In this document: positions 55,447 to 64,000 of the stretch, piece by piece
Layout of the letters: each line of letters begins with the position of its first letter
Position numbering within the stretch: position 1 is the first letter of the stretch
The notes under the pieces: model-generated
The model's database searches: none
Told to the model about the DNA's origin: nothing
Seen by the model: the letters and a program-made list of their open reading frames with translations, nothing else
Translations under genes and position numbers: made by a program
Assembly: GCA_951406725.2 (NCBI GenBank)
Contig: OX597831.1
Span: 70,432,001-70,496,000, forward strand
Direction: 5' to 3'
DNA from: Octopus vulgaris
Lineage: Eukaryota
DNA: 64,000 nucleotides

Positions 55447-55835
55447 GTGGAGACGCAATGGCCCAGTAGTTAGGGCAGCGGACTCGCGGTCGTAGGATCG
55501 CAGTTTCGATTCCCAGACTGGGCGTTGTGAGTGTTTATTGAGCGAAAACACCTAAAAGCTCCATGAGGCTCTGGCAGGGATGGTGGTGAACCCTGCTATA
55601 CTTTCTCTCACCACAATTTTCTCTCACTCTTACTTCCTGTTTCTGTTGTACCTGTATTTCAAAAGAGCCGGCCTTGTCACTCTCTGTGTCACGCTGAATA
55701 TCCCCGAGAACTATGCTAAGGGTACACGTGTCTGTGGAGTGCTCAGCCACTTACACGTTAATTTCACGAGCAGGCTGTTCTGTTGATTGGATCAACCGGA
55801 ACCCTCATCGTCGTAACCGACGGAGTGCTTCCATC
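55447..55835 (+). mobile_element. tRNA(Arg)-like-head SINE, tail 1
   Basis: Perfect TSD TAGTATCAATGC at 55435-55446 and 55836-55847. Confidence 0.93.
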
Positions 55836-56094
55836 TAGTATCAATGCTCAAATTGATTAATTGGAAAAGTGTTTGTTGTGGTAGTCAGTTTTTAGAACCA
55901 TACATGCACACGTGCGTGCACACACACACACACACACTATGCACATATATTGATACATACTTATGGAAAAAAATAATCATAAAGGACAAAAACGTATGAG
56001 ATGTAAGAAATAAAGTAAAAACGATCACAGATGGAGTTTCCTTTCATCAGCTGTCAGTTGGCAGTAAAGCTGTCTTCAGTACCTTATGACATGA

Positions 56095-57450
56095 TTACTA
56101 AGAGCTTGATGAGACCAAGGAAGGTTGAAATCATGTGATTTGATGGTCTTGGTGTGATACAAATAAGCATGCGTTTTGTGCCAAAAGCCTACGTGAGAGT
56201 TTCTCTCAAGGTGTCTACTGTAGCAAAGTTTGATCTAACAGAAGATGCAGTTCAGGTGCGAATAAATATTACCTCTCCATACTGATACTACCTTTATTGC
56301 TAATTGGATTATTTCTGTTTGCTTTTCAGCTCATTCAATCTTGTTTAAATTGATTTTAAATTTGGCATAATTGACGTAGTTTTGTATGCTAATTATTGAA
56401 AGGAAATCCATTTTCACCATAAATTAATAAACAAACAGGGAATAGCTTTAAAAGTTCGCAAATTTTGTGTAATTTTAACCAATTGAAAGCTAGACATATA
56501 GGTGCCCGTTTCCATAGTAACAAGCGAAGCTGTTCTGTAGAGTGCTAACTCATGTGTAGCTCTCCTGTCTAAACCACGTGTGATTTTACATTGTATTTTT
56601 CTGCTTGTACCCATCTCTTGCTGCCTGTGAAACGAATGGATATTTTCCTAAATAGAAGTATGACTGATACTAACTCATGTAACCTTTCATATGTGATGGA
56701 GTCCTTGAAAACTGAGGTGTGCACAAAATTTGGTTTTTTTAATTTTCACTTTCTGTGTTGTATTCATGATCTGGACTACATTTTGTTTTTTCATAATTTA
56801 TCGCTTTTACTACAGAATATGTTGTTTACTGTTTTTCTTTGTCATTTTTCAAATTGAATTTCTATTAAAGGCTTAAACATATTTTCTAAACGTAATGTTG
56901 ACATGAATATTTTGTCATTGTATTGTTGTCATCATGCACAAAATGACAGCTTCCAAATTTTGTTTTTGATTGGGTAAAAAAGATCAAAATTTAAACTTCT
57001 GTAATTTGAAACAAAAATTTTCTGGAGCAAGTAAATAATGACCTGAGATTCAGCAAGAAAAATTACATTAATACACCAAATTTGAAAATTTTCACTTAAT
57101 TTTAGAATTAAAAAAGTGAAGGCAAACAAAAGATTACTGGCTAATTGTGACACCAGTGCCTGTTCTGACACTGATTTTCTATATATTGCAGCTGGGGGGG
57201 GTGGGGGTGGGGAGTTGCTGTTATCTCTAGCAGTCAAGTATCCACCATTGATAAGACCAAGGAAGGTCAAAACCATGTGATCTGGTGATCTCAGTTTTGG
57301 AGTTGGTAAGATGTTATCTCCCCACTATTAATATAAACAAGTGTACACTTTACCAGATTCTGTATGAGAGCTTCTCTCAGTAATTTATGCAGTAAAGTTT
57401 GTTCTAACAGAACCTCCACGTTTTAGTGGGAATAAATATTACCCCTCAAT
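56095..57450 (+). mobile_element. Old PLE-like remnant with two direct pLTR-like repeats (56095-56280, 57243-57450), each beginning with a degenerate hammerhead
   Basis: TTGATGAGACCAAGGAAGGTTGAAA and TTGATAAGACCAAGGAAGGTCAAAA; both end GAATAAATATTACC. Confidence 0.6.
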
Positions 57451-57599
57451 GCTTTAAAGATGAGGCAACAACAAAAGATAGAAAGGTATATTTAGATCTT
57501 TTGACTGAGACCCAAAAAAAAGATATGGAACAGTGCGGTGACTGAAAAATCTATGAAACAGATAATAAACATACACAGAATCCTCGAAATCAGTGAGCT

Positions 57600-59400
57600 T
57601 TTTCAACTGAAATATAATTATATAGAACTAATGCTTGGAAAAAGTAAATGTTTAGTTTTAATTTGTTTGAGCAATAATACTTCCTCTTTACCGTAGTAAT
57701 CTCTGGGAACTTTTTTCTTGTAGCTCCTGGCATCTCTGTTCAGAAATAATTTTGTCATAATGAGTTGAAATTGTTATTAGTTTGAAGTAGTAGTTGATGA
57801 AGGGATCCCTCTGACTACACTCATTTTGCAATTTTACTTTGCCATGTCCTCTATGTTTTCATTGCCCTTTTAGCTTCTATTCTTTCAGTTTGGGTTTCAT
57901 TTCTTTCATTTCACTTGACAAAAACCTATTGGACACTAAAGAGAAAAATTAATACATTATGCCATTTTTCATGAGAAGGTAGTTGCATGAGGACATTTTC
58001 AGAAAGCTCCCTATGGTGTAGATATCTTCTATATCAATATGGTACAATCAACAATTTCTCTCTCAATAAGGAAGTTTGAGATACATTTATAACTTTTGTT
58101 GACCAGATATTTAGCAGCTATCTTCTGTACGTGCATAACAAAAGCCTAGCTTTCTTAGTGAGATGTAAGGTATCTATTTCAGCTCCCAGAAAGGTTACTA
58201 TCCTTGTCAACATTGATGCTGTTCTCTAGCTTGTAGGATATTTCTAAGAGCACTTCGTCGGTTATGACGATGAGGGTTCCGGTTGATCCGAATCAACGGA
58301 ACAGCCTGCTCATGAAATTAACATGTAAGTGGCTGAGCACTCCACAGACACGTGCACCCTTAATGTAGTTCTCGGGGATATTCAGTGTAATACAGAGAGT
58401 GACAAGGCCAGCTCCTTGAAATACAGGTACAACAGAAACAGGAAGTAAGAGTGAGAGAAAGTTGTGGTGAAAGAGTACAGCAGGGATCACAACCATCCCC
58501 TGCCGGAGCCTCGTGGAGCTTTTAGGTGTTTTCACTCAATAAACACTCACAACGCCCGGTCTGGGAATCGAAACCGCGATCTTAAGACGGCGAGTGAAAT
58601 ATGTCTTCTTACATACACTTCATTCCTTATCTCTTTCATAAAACAATAAAATAGCAAGGGTTTATTTTATTTCTTGTTGACCTTTCCACTTCACATCGAA
58701 TTTTGTGCCTGAGGAAGACGTTATTTTATACTTAGAATGTTAAATGCTTCATTTCTTCAGAGAGTTCAGAACTGAATAAGATTAGTCTGTCATACCACTT
58801 ATTTCTACACCAGAACGAACAAAAAGCTGGCTCCTCCAAGAACACATGTACTGTTATTTGTCTGTAGAGATCCAAATGGAATTTAGTGTGATTTTAAACA
58901 ATTTATTTATTTGTGTCTCACCACCAACACTGAAAACATTCCCCATCCTTGGGAAGCTTGGTGCATTATAAGAGCATAAGAGCCTGTCAGTGTGCATCTA
59001 TGGTGGGAAAAAGAATGAATCAGTAATTTATTGATAAGCAACTTATCTAAAATTTCTGTTCTGCTCCTAATGTTTAATCAACTTTTCCCTCTGGACTTTC
59101 GAAATATTATCAGCAAGTAGTTTCAGATTTAAAAGCTATTAGAATTTCACCCATCTGGGATAGATTTTTCATAACTCATCCAGAAGCATAAGTAGCTGTC
59201 TCCAAAGTGTAAAGAATTAACAGTATTTTTTCTCTTTAGACCAGTATTGAATACCATGCATATTTTTAATAATTTCAGATTAGTTTAAGTTTATTGGAAC
59301 TGTGAAACTTTTAAAGACCCGATGTTTTTAGTAATAAGAAGTGCTCACAAACACTTGTAATATAGAAGTACTAAATACCAAAATCTTGTAGTAAACATTT
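57600..59400 (-). mobile_element. Highly degraded non-LTR RT remnant
   Basis: GTCAGAGGGATCCCTT (QGDPL-like) near 57800-57815; no open frame. Confidence 0.35.
58248..58597 (-). mobile_element. tRNA(Arg)-like-head SINE, tail 1, slightly 5'-truncated
   Basis: Reverse complement of 6612-7000. Confidence 0.9.
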
Positions 59401-59487
59401 GTGATGCTCTATAGCTCCAATTACTACAATCTTACTGTAAGAAAAATGCCAACAGTTTGACATTATTGTATGCATGCAATATTTTTT

Positions 59488-59800
59488 TCTACTCTAGGCA
59501 CAAGGCCCGAAATTTTTGGGGAGGGGGCCAGTCGATTAGATCGACCCCAGTATGCAACTGGTACTTAATTTATCAATCCCAAAAGGATGAAAGGAAAAAT
59601 CGACCTCCGCGGAATTTAAACCCAGTCTGCCGTTACTTTCTGGGTTCAAATTCCGCCGAGGTCGACTTTGCCTTTCATCCTTTCGGGGTCGATTAAATAA
59701 GTACCAGTTATGCACTGGGGTCGATGTAATCGACTCAATCCGTTTGTCTGTCCTTGTTTGTCCCCTCTATGTTTAGCCCCTTGTGGGTAGTAAAGAAATA
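59488..59800. mobile_element. Two OK-like SINE parts fused in inverted orientation (59488-59623 -, 59625-59800 +)
   Basis: AAAGGATGAAAGGAAAAATCGACCTCCGCGGAATTT faces AAATTCCGCCGAGGTCGACTTTGCCTTTCATCCTTT. Confidence 0.85.
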
Positions 59801-60532
59801 TATATACTCTGTTTACTTTACAATAATCCAGGTGTAGAAAGTATTTGAATGGAAAGGTAACTCCAGCAACAACTTCATTCTTTCCTTGATTTCAGAGACC
59901 CAGCTGTGCTGATATCTTCGGCTGATTTCATTTTAGGGATTCATTCCACCAGTTTTACTCATGCTGCAAAATATTTTGGTCTACTGTCATTATATTTTGA
60001 GTCCAATACTCTTGTAAATGGTAACATTATCTTTCCTCAATCATCTCTTCACTGGTTATAATTCCATTCACATCTAGGGTGTATTATGTTAATGAAATAT
60101 CTGAATGTAATTTTTATCACTTTTTACTGCTTGAATATATATTTATTCATTTATTTATGTATTTATTTATTTATGTATTTATTTATTTATATATTTATAT
60201 ATCAGATATTTCACTCTTAATTAATTATTGTAAACTTTTAATAAGGAAATATAATTAATAAATACATTAATTAGGAAACTTAAAGCATGTAATTGTAAAG
60301 CTACATACATATCAACGATGACATCTTTGTGTTAGTTTGATTAACTTTTTGCTCACTATTCTGTGAATTAGATAAACAGATTATCCATATAATCGGAAAT
60401 GTGACAGATATAGTTAGGCATAATATACAACTCACATATACTTCATGAATGCTTAAAAATCAGAACATACACATCACCATCATCATCATCATTCTGTGTC
60501 TGTTTTCTATGCTAGGTCGAGCATATATATAT

Positions 60533-60846
60533 GTCACCGTCACTGTGACCGACCAGGCTATATCAGATGTTGCTACACATCGCTGGTCACAATGCGCTTC
60601 ACATTGTTTTGGCCTTCAAATGACACCACCCCGCTGGCTAAGTGAGCAGGCCAACAGAAGAAAGAACGAGAGAAAGTTGTGGTGAAAGAGTACAGCAGGG
60701 ATCGCCCCACCCTCCCTGCTGGAGCCTCATGGAGCTTTAGGTGTTTTTGCACAATAAACACTCACAACGGCCGGTCTGGGAATCAAAACCACGATCCTAC
60801 GACCGCGAGTCCACTGCCCTAACCACTGGGCCATTGTGCCTCCACA
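60533..60846 (-). mobile_element. tRNA(Arg)-like-head SINE, tail 3
   Basis: Same head and body as 6612, but tail ends GGTCGGTCACAGTGACGGTGAC; (TA)n on both sides. Confidence 0.88.
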
Positions 60847-60889
60847 TATATATATATATATATATATATATACAGCTTGGTTTTCTGTC

Positions 60890-61152
60890 ACTTATGACAA
60901 CAGGTGTTCTACTTTATCGGTTCAATGGAAAAGCTTGCTTGTGAAATTAACATGCATGTAGCAGAGGACTTCACAGACATGCATTCTTCTAATGTTGTTC
61001 TAAGGGAGATTCTGTGTGACATACTGAATGTGACAAGGCAGCTACAACTCATCTTCGCCACCAGAGTAGACTGGAGGGATGTGAAAGAAAGTGTTGAATT
61101 CATAACCTTATGCTTATGAGCTGAACACCTTGACTTCTAAGCCACATGCCTT
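60890..61152 (-). mobile_element. Older SINE related to 18700-19000
   Basis: GTGAAATTAACATGCATGTAGCAGAGGACTTCACAGAC...CTTCTAAGCCACATGCCTTC. Confidence 0.65.
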
Positions 61153-61195
61153 CATATATATATATATGTGCATGTGTGTGTATATATATATATAT

Positions 61196-61482
61196 ATATA
61201 TTAGAAGAAATGAGGTACTCAGAAAATCGGATGGTTTATATTTACAGATATTTATTTGTATATTACATTTTTTACATATATATATCATATAACTTAGATC
61301 ATTAGCACTTTCTCCCATTCTAGTGGGGTTTTCAAATTTGAAAACCCCACTAGAATGGGAGAAAGTGCTAATACATGATCTAAGTTATATGATATATATA
61401 TATAAAAAATGTAATATACAAATAAATATCTGTAAATATAAACCATCCGATTTTCTGAGTACCTCATTTCTTCTAATATATA
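61196..61482. repeat. Near-perfect spacer-less palindrome, about 140-bp arms
   Basis: Centre ...GGGGTTTTCAAA|TTTGAAAACCCC... between 61336 and 61337. Confidence 0.95.
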
Positions 61483-61609
61483 ATACCTGTACATCATCTC
61501 CAAACCTTCCAATATATATATGTATATATATATATGAACAAATGAGAAACAGAGAAAAATAGATTCATGAGATTCTTTATTAATTACAACAATCATTTTG
61601 TTTTATTAT

Positions 61610-61887
61610 TATCCAGTCCCCATAAACTGTATTAATATTCCTCGCGCTTTCCATTGCTTTGTTGCTTTTATTGAACTCGTCAATATACTCCTTTGTTATT
61701 TGCATCATATTTTGGAAAAAAAACTTGAAATTGAACTGAACTCTTCAAAATTTGCACTAAGAATAAGTACAAGATAAAATTACTACCTGCTATAATAGCA
61801 ACATGATGCAGGTACTTTATCCTGTACCCTTCCAACTTTTAGTTCATGCAATTGAAAAAACTGCATTATTTATGGGATGACCCAATA
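61610..61887 (-). mobile_element. 5' fragment of the same mariner family as 2402-3270
   Basis: Ends GCATTATTTATGGGATGACCCAATA (TIR); interior is the reverse complement of about 2402-2680. Confidence 0.85.
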
Positions 61888-62199
61888 TGCATATAAATCT
61901 GATATTTATGCATAACACGGCCTGCATTAAAAACTTAAGTTAAATTTAAAGCAGTTCGTGTGCAGTTTTGAAGGCATTTTCTATGAAACTCCACCCAGAT
62001 GTAACTGCACTGTGTTATCTTTACGAATGTAACAATAAAGACTATAGCTTTGTTTCAGTTTGTTGACCACTCATTAGATTACTGGTATCTTGTCAACTTT
62101 CTACCCACAGTGAGAACTTTATGGTAATTGCATGCAATTTCAATCAAATGGAAACCAGAACTTAATTATAATGGCCAGACTAATTTTTATATGCAGATT

Positions 62200-63000
62200 A
62201 TGCAAATCGGTTTATCTATTACAAACAGCCAGTATTTTTGAAGGATACTAGTAGTCATTGGATGATGCATGGAGTTCGTTCTTATTGGTGAGATCATATC
62301 ATGTGATCAAAGATTTCTATAAGATAACTAGGCACAGAAGGGCTGCTGAATTTTTATTTTTTCTTTGTTGGTGGGTCTGAAGGAAGGGGCAGTGCCCATG
62401 ATCTATGCTAGACATCCAAGACCAGAGAAATTGATGCCTTTACTGTTGATCTTGAACCTTTGAAAGTTAAAACTTTTAGAAAAAAAGATGTGAGCAGTTA
62501 AGGAATTCTACAGTGTTGACATTCTAGTAAGGAAAGACCAAGCACTATGATTAGCTATATTAAGGGTATGCTTTAACTAGGAGTGATCCTTAGTGACAGT
62601 TAGTCAACAACTGGAGTGATTTTGATGTCCTTAGCCATAGTTAAGAGGAGTATAGAGTGATGATGGCTTTATTTTTTCTTTTCTGATATGAAAAATTGAG
62701 AAATAATTGTTTTATTGATATTAAAAAGCACAAGATATCCAAATTGATGAATGCTTTTGTGGTCTATATTCATGGAATGGGTACATATTTAGCATATGGT
62801 GCCTAGGCCACAAATGGATAATACATGGCTGGAGAATGTTGAGGACAAATAAATGTTCTGCCATCTGTGTTAGACTTGGTGATGTTAGATGTATTGGCAT
62901 GTAAGTCATTGATGTATAGAAGGAAAGACAGTGAGAGACAAAACCGAACTCTGGGCCTTACTAACTTGGTAGAATAGGAGACAACTCTAATGTAATAGAA
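62200..63000 (-). mobile_element. Degraded CR1/Jockey-like RT remnant
   Basis: Minus strand SVLSLTVFLLYINDL-like stretch near 62900-62955. Confidence 0.45.
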
Positions 63001-63034
63001 AGAATAGTCTTTCTTGCCCTCACAAAAAGTGTCA

Positions 63035-63196
63035 AAACTTGCTTCTCAACCAAACGGTTCTGGGTCCAGTCCCACTGTGCAGTGCCCTGGGCAAGTATCT
63101 TCTACCATAGCCTCAGGCCAACGAAAACCTTGAGTGGATTTGGTAGATGGTAAGTGAAAGAAGTCCATCATGTGTGTATATACATACATACATACA

Positions 63197-63231
<35 letters not shown>

Positions 63232-63260
63232 TAGTGAGGAAAACGGACGTTAAACGATGA

Positions 63261-63297
<37 letters not shown>

Positions 63298-63367
63298 TGT
63301 ATGTATGTATATACACACATGATGGACTTCTTTCACTTACCATCTACCAAATCCACTCAAGGTTTTC

Positions 63368-63415
<48 letters not shown>

Positions 63416-63620
63416 GTGCACGCACGTGTGTGTGTGTGTGTTTGTCCCTCACCACCACTTGACAACTAGTGCTGGTGTGTTTCTGTTCCTGTAACTTAAC
63501 AATTTGGCAAAGGAGACCAACAGAATAAGTACCAGGCTTTCTGAAATAAGTACTGGGGTTGATTCGGGTGACTAAAAAATTCTCCTAGGCTGCAATTTAA
63601 TGACTGAAACAAGTAAAAAA
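63035..63620 (+). mobile_element. CORE-type SINE containing an internal inverted duplication and a 33-bp RTE tail
   Basis: Head 63035-63175, 3' half 63425-63620; 63121-63229 is mirrored at 63263-63369. Confidence 0.85.
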
Positions 63621-64000
63621 AAAATAAGAGAAAAAGAAAAACAATGAAACTGAACTATTGGTGGATAGCTTAAAATTGGATAACAGGATGCTTCATTGAT
63701 GACTGCAGTATGAAACTTAAGTCTTCTTGTGAAGGGCTACAGTGTGATGTTTTGATATATGCTGTTTCTCATGAAAATAAAGGCTGGAGTTATGTATCTT
63801 GGACTGCCCCTTGAATATAGCCCAAGTAATTCTGAACAGAGCATTTCCTGATCCACAAGTTTGCAGATAAAACAGGACAGGAAGGTATAATTTTTCTAGT
63901 TTCTAAACCTAAAGGAGTACGTGTGTTAAATGAACCTTGCATTGAAGTCACTGTCTGTGAGTATTACGAAATTCTTTGGAATGCTTTCAGATGGAGTGAA

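Overview
AT-rich, microsatellite-rich eukaryotic non-coding DNA, most likely intronic or intergenic sequence of an octopus. That assignment is an inference from the tRNA-derived SINE families (resembling Octopus OK/OR1/OR2), the RTE LINE with a (GAT)n tail and abundant (TA)n/(TACA)n. No host gene can be named; there are only a few low-confidence candidate exons on the minus strand. The window is a dense archive of mobile DNA. (1) A full-length 1.5-kb Merlin/IS1595-type transposon with an 8-bp TSD and a nearly intact 304-aa transposase. (2) A 3.2-kb RTE LINE whose reverse transcriptase carries an internal PHD-like zinc finger. (3) CR1-like and R4/Dong-like LINE remnants, four mariner remnants, three non-autonomous Helitrons, a hAT MITE and many SINE copies. 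The most striking layer is a set of Penelope-like (PLE) remnants carrying roughly ten minimal type-I hammerhead ribozyme motifs, several arranged as fold-back inverted repeats landed in (TA)n tracts. One is a 357-nt hammerhead-containing monomer whose inverted copy spans the end-to-start junction, implying a circular or multimeric template (retrozyme-like). Coordinates of degenerate elements are approximate and read by eye.
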